64,000 bases of DNA, taken from contig OZ242180.1 of assembly GCA_965205485.1 (NCBI GenBank), positions 1,120,001 through 1,184,000 on the forward strand, read 5' to 3'. The translations under genes were made by a program, and so were the position numbers. Shown here one piece after another: positions 28,713 through 39,022 of this stretch. Numbering within the stretch: position 1 is the first letter of the stretch; each line of letters opens with the position of its first letter. The notes under the pieces were generated by a model. That model did not search any database, was not told where the DNA came from, and saw only the letters and a program-made list of their open reading frames with translations. This stretch comes from Candidatus Latescibacterota bacterium. Its GTDB lineage: Bacteria > Latescibacterota > UBA2968 > GCA-2709665.

Positions 28713-30867
28713 TCAGAGTTCGATTTCTTGAGTCATCTGGCTTGAGACGGCGATGCTCCGCCCGTCTATCGCAAGGTGGCGGCCGCCGTGAACGAAGGCT
28801 TTTGACGGACGGTCGTTCTTGTATTCGATGGCGGCGGCGTTTCCCGAGAAGGAGATTTCGCCAGCGGTGACGGAGACACCCGGAGCGGCGTGAAACACGA
28901 GAAGGCGACGGTCTCCGGCGACAATCTGCAGCGCGCGGGGCAGAACCGGGGATTCGGCGCGGCCGTCAATCTGACACGCGAGCGTCGTCACGCTCACATC
29001 GGGACGAGCGCCCCGATACGGCAGCAGGAGGACGTCGAACGGGACGACGGGCTCCTCGACCCCCCAGCCTCGAAGGGCGATGAAATATCGGTCCGGCCAG
29101 GGCGCGGCGGGCGGATCGCCGGAGTATACCGGAATCTCGCGCACCATTTCCTCCAGGTAATCGATCCCGCTGAACGCGTATTTCAGCAGTCTGGGATTCG
29201 CGGGGGCAACGATGAGACCTGCCCGATCGCCTTCGGCGGCGGCGACCGTATCGTGCGTGGTGAAGGGATAAACGCTGTGCAGGTACCAGAGCGCGCTTCT
29301 CCGTCGATGCGAGCACGCGACGGCGTCCGAGACGAGGAAGCCCCACGGTTTGAAGAAGAGGATCCGGCGTTCGATCACAACTCCCGCGCTGGCTTCGTAC
29401 GCGCGGTGACGACCGGAGAAGAAATCCCAGGATTCCCCGCTGCCGAACTGAATCTGCTCGCCGCGGATATCGGGACGGGCGGAAGGCGCACCCTCGATGA
29501 CAAGGTGGTTGTGCGCCTGTTCAGAGCGGAAGTACATGTCCCACGGGGCGTCGTAGGGACCGAAACGGGAGACTTCGGCGACCAGGGGCACCCCGAAGGC
29601 GTAGAGATTGATGTCCAGAATGCCCATGTGGCTGTGGCCGCCGGGCCACTGCCCGTGGTTGACGAACATGAACGCGTCGTCCGGTTCCCATCCCGAGCGC
29701 ATCACGCAGAATTCACTGGAATCCAGGCGCAGGCTCTCGAAACCGGGTTTCACCGGTTCGGGACCGGTTTCGCCCAGCTTGTCGCGGATGGGCCAGAGGT
29801 ACGCGGGGTCTCCGGTGAAGTCGCACGCCTGCTTCAGGATGCCCGTCCCGTCCATGAAGCTGCCGTCGTTGATACCGGGCATTTCTCCCCCCGGCCCGGA
29901 CATCTTGAGAAACCAGGCGTAGGCATTCGAAGTACGCTCCCGCCAGTCGAGCGTCGCCGGCGGCTGAAGGTCCGGGTTCGCTTCCGCCAGAAGGGTGGCC
30001 TCTTCCAGTTGGCGCAGGCAGCCGCTGCCGTAGGAATAGCAGCGTTCGCTGTGGCCGCCGTCCGCGTAGTAGTCCTTCTCCATGTGCTGCTCCAGAAAGT
30101 GCGCGCCGACGGCACGGAAGTCACCGGACTCGCGGAATTCGGGCAAAAGGAACCCGATAAGGATCATGGCGGAGATGCCATGCACCTGCCAGTTTCCCTC
30201 GCGATAGCCTTTGGCGTTCTGTTCCAGCGTCAACCAGCGGGCCGCTCCAAGCAACGACTTGAAGAACAGGCGAATATGGTCCGGGGCAAGCAGGCGGCCC
30301 ATATCCATGAGCTTGACGGCGTCGAGGAAGTTCAGAAACCGGCGGCTTCTCCCGGACAGCCCAAGTTCGTAGAAGACCGGATGCATGCGGCGCGCGCCCG
30401 TGATCTCGTGCCGGACCGCGTACCATTGCCTGATGATCTCAAGATAGGCTTCGATGTACCGCGCTTCGCCCGTGTCCACGGCGGCCCTGGTCAGGCAGTC
30501 CATCCAGCCCAGGTAATGAAAGCCGTATTTGGACTGGTCGCCGAACCAGGCGTTGAACGGGACCGGCCTGGAGAAGTCGACTTCGACCTGTCCGAATCGC
30601 CGGCGCCCCCCGTTGACGATGGTGTCCGCCAGGTCCGGGTTGGCACAACCCTGGACCTGAGTTGTTCCAGCGAACGCCCAAAGGGATTGACCGGGTTGCT
30701 CCGGGAGAGGAATGCCGCCACCAGGCGGCGAACGCCGCATCGTAGCGTTTCGAATCCGCCGCGCACCGGACCGAATCAAGCCCGGGATGATCGGGATCCA
30801 GGGCTTCGAAGAACGAGGCATCCGAGATGTGTACGAGTTGATCGGGGAATTCGTCGTGATGGAACAT
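28713..30867 (-). CDS. Heparinase II/III-like protein, frameshifted near its 5' end
   Basis: NWQ, DGGHSER, MRSGW, GHSHMG, AHNHLVI motifs; N-terminus (MFHHDEFP, ATG 30867 with AGGAG RBS) is in another frame and joins via two single-base losses near 30711 and 30651. Confidence 0.7.
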
Positions 30868-30881
30868 AAAATGGACTCCTG

Positions 30882-31784
30882 TTACGGCTCGAACGGGCGC
30901 CCGGTCCTGTTCAGGTCTTTCGTGATGCCGATCTGGCAGGTAACGTACGCGTTCTCTCTTCTGAAACCCCGGGTATTCAGCTGGCCCGCGGCGTACCCCG
31001 GCCGCGCGTCGCCAATCGTTCCCACGATCAGGTTGGCGTGTTCCACGGTCGTGTCGTAACGGTCCGCGATGAGACCGACCATGTCCGTCCAGGCGATTTT
31101 CAACGCCTCTTCCCAGTTCGCGCCCATACCGCTGGTGAGGATCTCGCCGGCGGTTTCCACGACAGGCCCGCCCGCGGGAAAACCCGGCGAGCGATCGAAG
31201 CGCAGCGTGAGCGCGGAGTCGATTTCCACGCCGGTGCCGGTAAGCTCGCCGTCCCCCATGCGGGCGTGGACGTCGCCCACGTAGAAATGGCCGCCGTATC
31301 GTTGCGCGCGGATATGCACGGTGCTGCCGGGGCAGATGGAATTGAAGTCCATGTTGCCGCCGTGGTTCCAGGGGCCCGTATCCTGGGAGACGGGCGCCAG
31401 TTGCATCACGCCGATCATCGGGCGGACCGGAACCACGAAGTCCGGGGGGAAGTGCAGGAGCCCGTCCTTGACCGGAGCGACCGAACGCAGGCTGCCTCGA
31501 AACGGTCCGCCGTTGTTGTAATAACCGTAGGGGCCCACTTCGATATCAATGACTTCAATGGAGACCCAGTCGCCGGGATCAATGCCATCTATAAGAAACG
31601 GACCTCCCTGGCGGGAGCCGCGCGGCGTGGTGGTCTCGGGAATCACGCCGGGCTTCAGGTCGCCGTCGGCGCCGCCGGGTGTCTCGATGACGAGCGTTTC
31701 GCCGAGCTGGATCGTGCCGCGAACCTGGCCGCGTTCGACCGCTTCGGACCCAGTCAGATACGGTTTTCGGGTAAAACGGCGCAT
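30882..31784 (-). CDS. Acetamidase/formamidase family protein
   Basis: GGPFLIDG..PGD, PMIGVM, HGGNMD, GDVHARMGDGE. Confidence 0.85.
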   Translation of the reverse strand: MRRFTRKPYLTGSEAVERGQVRGTIQLGETLVIETPGGADGDLKPGVIPETTTPRGSRQGGPFLIDGIDPGDWVSIEVIDIEVGPYGYYNNGGPFRGSLRSVAPVKDGLLHFPPDFVVPVRPMIGVMQLAPVSQDTGPWNHGGNMDFNSICPGSTVHIRAQRYGGHFYVGDVHARMGDGELTGTGVEIDSALTLRFDRSPGFPAGGPVVETAGEILTSGMGANWEEALKIAWTDMVGLIADRYDTTVEHANLIVGTIGDARPGYAAGQLNTRGFRRENAYVTCQIGITKDLNRTGRPFEP

Positions 31785-32005
31785 GAGAAGCCTCCTGTTC
31801 TGAAACGCGGGGGCGCATCAGCAATCGCCCGTTCATGCCCGCGCCTGCTTGTTCGTCGGTGGCCTGCCCGGAAAACGTCATGTCCCGGTCGAAATTGAAA
31901 TGCGTTGAAACCGCTTGTTTATCCGTTCCGGGTGAGCCATAATAGGGATTGGAAATCGGAGCGTCAAGGTCTTGCGGCAGGGTCTTTCGAACAGGTACAG
32001 CAGGC

Positions 32006-32785
32006 ATGCGGATCGATGCGCATATGCACGTCGCCGGTCATCTTGCGTCCGTGGGCTGGCGAGGCAAATGGACCGACGACAGGGCGGTGATCGAAGCGGC
32101 GGACCGGCTGGGGATCGATCAGCTTTGCTGTTCGATACCGATTCAGGGATTGGAAAACCCCCGGCCGGACGGCATGCGGGAGGTGAACGACAGCGTCCTG
32201 CACGCCATGCGGCGGTTTCCCGATCGCATTCTGGGGTATGTATTTCTGGATCCCCGGTTCCGGAACGAAGCGAAGGATGAAATCGACCGGTGTATTCTGA
32301 AGCACGGTATGATGGGCGTGAAGCTTTACAACCAGTGCAGGTGCTGGGACCCCGTGGTGTTGCCCATTGTGGAGCGGTGCATCGATCTGGGGGTGCCGAT
32401 TCTTCACCACGGGGGAAAGCAGACGCCGGTTTCCGGCAGGCCATGGCAGACGTACCGCTCGGACAGTGGGGACTTTGCGCGGCTGGCGCGACTGTATCCG
32501 GAAGTTGCCATTATCGAGGGGCATCCGATCGTGGGAGACTGGGAGTGGGCGATCAAGACGCTGCGGGATGTCCCGAACGTCTACGTGGACACCAGCGGAA
32601 GCCTGAACGACGACGGGTTCATCGAGATGGCCGTGCGCGAGTTGGGGGCGGCCCGTGTGCTGTTTGCCACGGATGTGTCGATGGAGGCCGGGGTGGGCAA
32701 GGTGTTGGGAGCGGCAATCACGGCGCCGCAACGCAAGGGAATCTTCGGGGGAAATATGAAACGAATTATGCAGCAACGAGTGTAA
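32006..32785 (+). CDS. Amidohydrolase family (Amidohydro_2) protein
   Basis: IDAHMH, GVKL, PILHH, NVYVDTSGS, VLFATD. Confidence 0.85.
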   Translation: MRIDAHMHVAGHLASVGWRGKWTDDRAVIEAADRLGIDQLCCSIPIQGLENPRPDGMREVNDSVLHAMRRFPDRILGYVFLDPRFRNEAKDEIDRCILKHGMMGVKLYNQCRCWDPVVLPIVERCIDLGVPILHHGGKQTPVSGRPWQTYRSDSGDFARLARLYPEVAIIEGHPIVGDWEWAIKTLRDVPNVYVDTSGSLNDDGFIEMAVRELGAARVLFATDVSMEAGVGKVLGAAITAPQRKGIFGGNMKRIMQQRV

Positions 32786-32928
32786 CTACTGAACACGAAG
32801 CGCTTGACGGCAATACGTTTTTGTTTATATTCTCTTTGCCTCTCGCATTGGCCAACCGGTATTGCCGTAACTCTACGTTCCACAACGTGGAAACGGGTTC
32901 ATTTGGACCATTTTGAAGGGACCTTCAG

Positions 32929-34866
32929 ATGAGTTTTCGCGACCGCGTCGTTTCGGGGGCAGCCAACGTCGCCTGGAATGTCTTCCAGAGCGTGAATACC
33001 AGGCTCCCCGAGGGTCAGCCATTCCAGCCTGAATGGGCGTCGGCGCCGCTGTTGAAGAGCTATCAGCGGTCCATGCCCACACTCGGTTTTCCGCGTGAAA
33101 CCGATTCGCTGTGTCCCGATTGCGTGAAGGAGGTCCGGACCGCCATCATCGAAGGCACCCGGGACATTGGGGAACTCGTGCACGGCAATCCCGGTGAGAT
33201 CAAGGCGCAGATCCTCGAGGAAAACGGATGCATTCTGATGCGGAAGACGTGTTCGGTCCATGGCCCGTATGAGGACGTACTCTCAATCGATCCGGAATTT
33301 ACGCGCATTATAGAAAACCGGTTTCCGGGGCGTGATTACAGCACCTGGGGAGACGAACACATCCACCGCCACGGCACGTCCAGCATCAAATACGGGCGGG
33401 GGGCGGTGCTGACGATTGACCTGACCAACCGCTGCAATATGATGTGCAATCCCTGTTTCATGGACGCGAACCAGGTCGGTTACGTCCACGAACTGACGAT
33501 GGACGACGTAAAGCGGATCCTGGACGCATCGATTTCCTTCAAGCCGCGCCGGCAGATGTCGGTACAGTTTTCGGGCGGAGAACCCACGATTTCGCCCCAT
33601 TTTCTCGACGCGTGCCGGTATGCCAAAGAGGTCGGATACTGGTGCGTGCAGGCGGCGACCAACGGGCTTCGTTTCGCCGAAGAACCGGATTTCGCGTTCG
33701 AGGCGAAGGCGGCCGGTTTCGACATGGCGTACCTGCAGTTCGACGGCGTAACCAATGCGGCCAACCAGCACCGGCACATTTCCAACCTGTTCGACGCCAA
33801 GCTGCTGGCCATGGAGAACCTCTCCCGCGCCGGTATAGATATCACGCCCGTCACGACCGTTTTGAACTCCATCAACAACGATCAGGTAGGGCCGATTCTC
33901 CAGTTCTGCATCGACAACAGCGACAAGGTCGGTTCGATTTCCTTCCAGCCCGTTTCGTTTACCGGGCGCGACGAGGATATCTCCGACGAGATGCGGCATC
34001 GGCAGCGCTATACCATTTCACACCTCGCCCACGATCTCCAGTCGTGGTCAGGGGGGAAGATCGACGCCCACCGGGATTGGTACCCCCTGGGATCGGGGAC
34101 GCTGTTTACCACGCTTGCCGACCATCTGCGCGGGCAGGACGTTGAGTTCGGGGGACAAACCTGCTCCTGCCATCCCAATTGCGGTTCCGCCGTCCATATT
34201 GTCGTGAACGAGAAGACCAGGCAGTGGGCGTCCATTACCCAGTTCTTCAACCAGGAACAGTTCATGAAGGACATCGAGGTGATGACGGACACCGCGCGCG
34301 ACCCCGGATGGATCAAGATGCAGGTGGGCATGTCGCTGCTTCGGAATTTCAACCCGCGGAGAGCGCCGGCCGGGTTCGGCATTCAGGATCTCGCGCGCAT
34401 ACTGGACCGCAGGGTGGGGGGTTCCATCAGCGGCGGTCCGAGGCCGGACGACAGGCAATGGCGCATCATGTGGGTGGGCGGAATGTGGTTCCAGGACCTG
34501 TGGACCTACGATTTCCGCCGGACTGAAATGTGCGTGATCCCTTACGGTACCCAGGAAGGCGAAATCTCCTTCTGCGCGTACAACACGGGGGTCGGTTGGC
34601 GTCAGATCATAGAGAATATGCATATGACCGCCTCAACGGCGGACTGGTTCAAGACGAGGGGCCGGCACCCCATCTATGCGGGCAACCGCGACATGCCGCT
34701 TCCGGGGGCGGAACACACACTGCGGGTCCGGGAGACGGAAGACGGCGAACTCGAGCTTCCCGTCATAGACGGTAATCATGACGGCAACGGATGCTGCGGC
34801 TCCGAAGAGGACGCCATTCGCAAGATCATCGCGGCGCCCGACACACGGGAGCCGGTGTCCTCCTGA
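32929..34866 (+). CDS. Radical SAM protein, tetraether lipid synthase (Tes/GDGT-MAS, MJ0619)-like
   Basis: N-terminal CPDC...CSVH metal site, DLTNRCNMMCNPC (CX3CX2C), SGGEPT, YLQFDG, FQPVSFTGR, CSCHPNC, FQDLWTYD..R..MCVI, FCAYN. Confidence 0.8.
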   Translation: MSFRDRVVSGAANVAWNVFQSVNTRLPEGQPFQPEWASAPLLKSYQRSMPTLGFPRETDSLCPDCVKEVRTAIIEGTRDIGELVHGNPGEIKAQILEENGCILMRKTCSVHGPYEDVLSIDPEFTRIIENRFPGRDYSTWGDEHIHRHGTSSIKYGRGAVLTIDLTNRCNMMCNPCFMDANQVGYVHELTMDDVKRILDASISFKPRRQMSVQFSGGEPTISPHFLDACRYAKEVGYWCVQAATNGLRFAEEPDFAFEAKAAGFDMAYLQFDGVTNAANQHRHISNLFDAKLLAMENLSRAGIDITPVTTVLNSINNDQVGPILQFCIDNSDKVGSISFQPVSFTGRDEDISDEMRHRQRYTISHLAHDLQSWSGGKIDAHRDWYPLGSGTLFTTLADHLRGQDVEFGGQTCSCHPNCGSAVHIVVNEKTRQWASITQFFNQEQFMKDIEVMTDTARDPGWIKMQVGMSLLRNFNPRRAPAGFGIQDLARILDRRVGGSISGGPRPDDRQWRIMWVGGMWFQDLWTYDFRRTEMCVIPYGTQEGEISFCAYNTGVGWRQIIENMHMTASTADWFKTRGRHPIYAGNRDMPLPGAEHTLRVRETEDGELELPVIDGNHDGNGCCGSEEDAIRKIIAAPDTREPVSS

Positions 34867-34892
34867 GCGTACCGCCCTCAGACGTCGAACCG

Positions 34893-34924
34893 ATCCGGGC
34901 AGAAGTCGTGTCCGGATTTTTTTT
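34893..34924 (+). terminator. Intrinsic terminator after the radical SAM gene
   Basis: ATCCGGGCA-loop-TGTCCGGAT hairpin followed by a T-run. Confidence 0.7.
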
Positions 34925-34979
34925 CGGGGCCGGTTGAAAGGGTTCTTTCCCGCGCAGCCCCGGAGTTACGGCAAACGAA

Positions 34980-35008
34980 TTGACAATTCCGCAGCATTTG
35001 CTTATCAT
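34980..35008 (+). promoter_or_regulatory. Sigma70-type promoter of the tig operon
   Basis: TTGACA-17 bp-TATCAT. Confidence 0.75.
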
Positions 35009-35061
35009 TTGCGTTTGGATCGTTTTGAGGAATACAACCTGAACATGCACGCGTCGGAAGG

Positions 35062-36369
35062 ATGCCGGACGTCATGAAGGTGACCGTTTCAGAGGCGGAT
35101 ACGTGGCGCAGGACGCTCGAGGTCGAGGTACCGGACGAAGACGTGCGCCGGCGATTTGAGACCGCATACAAGAATTACAGTAAATCGTTGAATTTGCCGG
35201 GCTTTCGCAAGGGAAAGATACCTGTGAACCTGGTTAAAAAGCGGTTCGGCAAGGCGATCCAGGGCGAGGTACTGCAGGAGGTGATTCAGGAGTACTACCG
35301 TGAGGCCAGCCGATCGGAGGGACTGACTCCCATCTCGGAAGCCACCATCGAAGACGTGAACTACGAAGAGGGACAGCCGCTGAAGTTCACGGCTTCTGTC
35401 GATGTCAAGCCCGAAATCGTGGTACAGGATTACCGGGGCCTGAAAACCACCCGCCCGGTATTCGAAGTCGCCGACGCCGATATCGAAGAGCAACTCCAGC
35501 GCGTCCGGGAACAGAACGCCACGGAGCAGGAAGTCGACCGGCCTGCGGAATCGGGCGACGTTGTCGTTGCGGATCTTCAGGAACTGGATGAGAACGGGCT
35601 GCCGATTATCGGCCGCAAACAGGAAGAGCGGCCGTTTCATATTGGCGGGAACAACGCCAACCACGACCTCGACAACCAGCTGGTGGGCATCTCCACGGGC
35701 GAAACCCGGCAGATTCGGCTGACGCATGCGGAGGGAGACGAACACGAAGCCCACGCCGGCGGCGCCCATCACGAGGAGGGTCGTGAGATCCGCATGATGT
35801 TCTCCGCCAGGGAGGTCCGGGAACGCACGCTGCCGGAACTGGACGACGAGTTCGCCCGGGACCAGGGTCAGTTCGAGTCCCTCGATGAATTCAGGGCTCA
35901 GATCCGGACGGACCTCAAGACGCAGGCGGACTTCGCCTCGCGTCGCTACCTCGAGGGCCACATCGTTGACGAGCTGATTCGAAAGAACGCGTTCGATCTC
36001 CCTGAGACCATGATCGAGAACGCGCTCGACACACTGGTGGAGAATCAGAAGAAGGAACACGAGGGGCACGACCACGAAATCGATGAAGAAGCGCTCCGCC
36101 GCGAAGGCCGGGAGGGCACCATTCGCGGGTTGAAGCGTCATCTATTATTGGAGGCCATTCAAAAGCAGGAAGATCTGGTGGTGGAAGCGGCGGACGTGGA
36201 CCGCCAGCTCGACGTCATGTCGCGTCGATACAACACGGAACGCGAGCAACTCCGCCAGATACTCAAGCGTTCGGACCAGATCGAACGAATCGAGTCCAAC
36301 CTGCTGACGGAAAAGACGTTCGATCTACTGATCGAACACGCGGAAATCGAAGACGTCGAGGCGAAATAG
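35062..36369 (+). CDS. tig: Trigger factor
   Basis: Ribosome-binding signature [16 protein letters not shown]; upstream of clpP-clpX. Confidence 0.95.
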   Translation: MPDVMKVTVSEADTWRRTLEVEVPDEDVRRRFETAYKNYSKSLNLPGFRKGKIPVNLVKKRFGKAIQGEVLQEVIQEYYREASRSEGLTPISEATIEDVNYEEGQPLKFTASVDVKPEIVVQDYRGLKTTRPVFEVADADIEEQLQRVREQNATEQEVDRPAESGDVVVADLQELDENGLPIIGRKQEERPFHIGGNNANHDLDNQLVGISTGETRQIRLTHAEGDEHEAHAGGAHHEEGREIRMMFSAREVRERTLPELDDEFARDQGQFESLDEFRAQIRTDLKTQADFASRRYLEGHIVDELIRKNAFDLPETMIENALDTLVENQKKEHEGHDHEIDEEALRREGREGTIRGLKRHLLLEAIQKQEDLVVEAADVDRQLDVMSRRYNTEREQLRQILKRSDQIERIESNLLTEKTFDLLIEHAEIEDVEAK

Positions 36370-36421
36370 GACGGCCCGCGATACGTATTTCGGCAAGGAG
36401 AGGGAGGGAGAGCACACGCTT

Positions 36422-37036
36422 ATGGCACTTGTACCCATGGTATTGGAGAAGACGGGGCTCGGCGAACGGTCTTACGACATCTTCTCCCGTCTCTTGCGGG
36501 ACAATATAATCTTCATCGGGTTTCCAATTAACGATACCATCGCAAACCTGGTGATCGCGCAGATGCTGTTCTGCAGTTCGGAATCGCCGGAAAAGACCAT
36601 TCGGCTGTATATCAATTCGCCCGGTGGCAGCATTACAGCCGGGCTGGCGATTTACGATACCATGCAGTACGTGCCCAACGAGGTTGAAACCGTGTGCGTC
36701 GGACAGGCATTCAGTATCGCCGCCGTACTCCTCGCCGGAGGCACCAGGGGACAGCGTCGCGCCCTCCCGAATTCCAGGATCCTGGTCCATCAGCCCATGG
36801 GCGGCGCGGGCGGACAGGCTTCCGACGTGGAACGTCACGCCAAAGAAATCCTCCAGTGGCGGGACAGGCTGAACGAGATCCTGGCGGAACAGACCGGGCA
36901 GCCGATAGAGCGGGTCGCCAAGGATGCCGACCGGGATTTCTTCATGTCCGCCGCCGAGGCCATGGAGTACGGCGTGATCGATGAGGTACTGGCGCCAAGC
37001 AAGGAAGAAAGTCTGGCGATTGAGGACGACGAGTAA
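36422..37036 (+). CDS. clpP: ATP-dependent Clp protease proteolytic subunit
   Basis: [23 protein letters not shown] (catalytic Ser), [11 protein letters not shown]. Confidence 0.97.
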   Translation: MALVPMVLEKTGLGERSYDIFSRLLRDNIIFIGFPINDTIANLVIAQMLFCSSESPEKTIRLYINSPGGSITAGLAIYDTMQYVPNEVETVCVGQAFSIAAVLLAGGTRGQRRALPNSRILVHQPMGGAGGQASDVERHAKEILQWRDRLNEILAEQTGQPIERVAKDADRDFFMSAAEAMEYGVIDEVLAPSKEESLAIEDDE

Positions 37037-37044
37037 ACGGTTGC

Positions 37045-37069
37045 AGTTGGGCGACAAAAACGCCCAACT
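37045..37069 (+). other. Hairpin between clpP and clpX
   Basis: AGTTGGGCG-7 nt-CGCCCAACT perfect 9-bp stem. Confidence 0.5.
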
Positions 37070-37098
37070 TCCACGATTGCGTTATCCTGGGTGAATGT

Positions 37099-38340
37099 AT
37101 GAAGCGACGAACTTCCAGAGCCGAGGTGCGGTGCTCTTTCTGCGACAAGGGCAACGACCAGGTCGACAAGATCATCACGGGGACTTCGGTGCACATTTGC
37201 AGCGACTGTGTCAAACTTTGCAACGAAGTGCTGCAGGAGGACGCCAGACAGAAGCCGGTTTCGTCGCGGCAGAAGCTGCCCAAACCGGCGACGATCAAAA
37301 CCCGGCTCGACGATTACGTGATCGGGCAGGAGGCGGCCAAGCGCACGCTTTCCGTCGCCGTCTACAATCACTATAAGCGGATCCGGTCCCGCGTCATCAC
37401 GGACGACGTTGAGCTCGAAAAGAGCAATATTCTGCTCGTCGGGCCCACCGGAACCGGGAAGACCCTGCTTGCCCAGACGCTCGCGCGCATCCTGGACGTT
37501 CCGTTCTCCATCGCGGACGCGACCATTCTCACGGAAGCCGGATACGTGGGCGAAGACGTTGAGAATATCCTGGTCCGCCTGCTGCAGGCGGCCGACTACG
37601 ACGTGGCGCAGGCGGAAATGGGCATTCTCTACCTGGACGAAGTCGACAAGATTTCGAGGAAGGCGGCCAATCCGTCGATTACCCGCGACGTATCGGGGGA
37701 GGGCGTGCAGCAGGCCCTGTTGAAAATCCTCGAGGGCACCGTTGCCAGCATTCCGCCGAAGGGAGGACGGAAACACCCCGAGCAGCCACTGATCCAGGTG
37801 AATACGCGAAATATTCTGTTCATATGCGGCGGCGCATTCGACGGCCTGGAAGAGGTTATCAGCAACCGGATTGGTGAAAAGACCATCGGTTTCGGCGCGA
37901 AGGATGGTCCCGGAGAAAAACGGAACGCGGGCGCCTTCTTTGCCGAGGTGGAGCCGGAGGACCTCATCAGGTACGGCCTGATTCCCGAGCTGGTCGGCAG
38001 GCTGCCCATAACGTGTTCCCTGAGCGATCTCGATGAAACTGCATTGTACAAGATTCTGACCGAGCCGAAGAATGCGATAACCAAGCAGTATCAGAAATTG
38101 TTCGAAATGGATGGCGCCGATCTCGAATTCGAAGACGGGGCCCTGAACGAGGTGGTGCGGCGAACCGTCCAGAAGGGTACGGGCGCCAGGGGGTTGCGTT
38201 CCGTTCTGGAGGACATCATGATCGATCTGATGTACGACCTTCCGTCCTCCCCGGATCGCAAGCGGATTGTGGTCACGAAGGAAATGGTGGCCGGCAAGTC
38301 CAAACCCCGCCTTCACATTGAAGAGAAGAAAAGCGCGTAG
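37099..38340 (+). CDS. clpX: Clp protease ATP-binding subunit
   Basis: CSFC..CSDC zinc-binding domain, [11 protein letters not shown] loop, IGF loop, GARGLR. Confidence 0.98.
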   Translation: MKRRTSRAEVRCSFCDKGNDQVDKIITGTSVHICSDCVKLCNEVLQEDARQKPVSSRQKLPKPATIKTRLDDYVIGQEAAKRTLSVAVYNHYKRIRSRVITDDVELEKSNILLVGPTGTGKTLLAQTLARILDVPFSIADATILTEAGYVGEDVENILVRLLQAADYDVAQAEMGILYLDEVDKISRKAANPSITRDVSGEGVQQALLKILEGTVASIPPKGGRKHPEQPLIQVNTRNILFICGGAFDGLEEVISNRIGEKTIGFGAKDGPGEKRNAGAFFAEVEPEDLIRYGLIPELVGRLPITCSLSDLDETALYKILTEPKNAITKQYQKLFEMDGADLEFEDGALNEVVRRTVQKGTGARGLRSVLEDIMIDLMYDLPSSPDRKRIVVTKEMVAGKSKPRLHIEEKKSA

Positions 38341-38434
38341 GATCGGCTCTATCGTTTCGTGCGCCTTCGGAACCGGGGTCCATTGCCCCGGTTTTCTATG
38401 TGTCCGGCAATGAACACGTCCCCGGCTGCCCGTT

Positions 38435-39022
38435 ATGCAGATCCGTTCCGCCGATTTTGTGACCAGCGTCGCCCATCCGGACCGGCTGCCGATGGAAGGA
38501 CTGCCGGAAATCGCCTTCGCCGGCCGTTCGAACGTGGGGAAATCCTCCCTCCTCAACCGGCTGTTGAACCGCAGGCAACTGGCGGGCACCAGCAAGACGC
38601 CGGGCAAGACGCGTACCCTCAACTACTACCGCGTCAACGGGGCGCTGCATTTCGTGGATCTGCCCGGTTACGGTTACGCAAAGCGGGGGCTGCAGGAGCG
38701 CCGTCAGTGGGCCGAACTGATCAACGGATATCTGGATACGCGGACCTCATTGCGCGGCATCTTGCATCTGATGGATGCCCGGCACGACCCAACGGCCAGC
38801 GACGTGGAGTTGGCGTCCTGGCTCATGCAGTTCGACCGTCCGTTTCTGGTGGTTGCCACCAAAGCTGACAAGCTCCCGGGAAGCCGGCGGAAGTCGCGGC
38901 TGGACCGGACGCGGGAACTGCTTTCCGGGGTGGGCGAATTCGACCTCGTACCGTTTTCGGCGGTATCCGGTCTGGGCAGGCTGGCTGTCTGGAGGTGGAT
39001 CCGGGATGTCGTTGAAGAATAG
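38435..39022 (+). CDS. engB: Ribosome biogenesis GTPase YihA/YsxC
   Basis: GRSNVGKSS, TPGKT, DLPGYG, TKADK. Confidence 0.95.
   Translation: MQIRSADFVTSVAHPDRLPMEGLPEIAFAGRSNVGKSSLLNRLLNRRQLAGTSKTPGKTRTLNYYRVNGALHFVDLPGYGYAKRGLQERRQWAELINGYLDTRTSLRGILHLMDARHDPTASDVELASWLMQFDRPFLVVATKADKLPGSRRKSRLDRTRELLSGVGEFDLVPFSAVSGLGRLAVWRWIRDVVEE

Noticed and set aside
32929..34866. Second moaA
   Set aside because: Lacks the MoaA C-terminal GG and cluster motif; the true moaA is at 44159
34867..35061. tRNA often found upstream of tig
   Set aside because: No cloverleaf or T-loop motif; only a terminator and a promoter are visible
36422..37036. ClpP possibly inactive (GQAFSIA instead of AASMG)
   Set aside because: Catalytic Ser, His and Asp are all present
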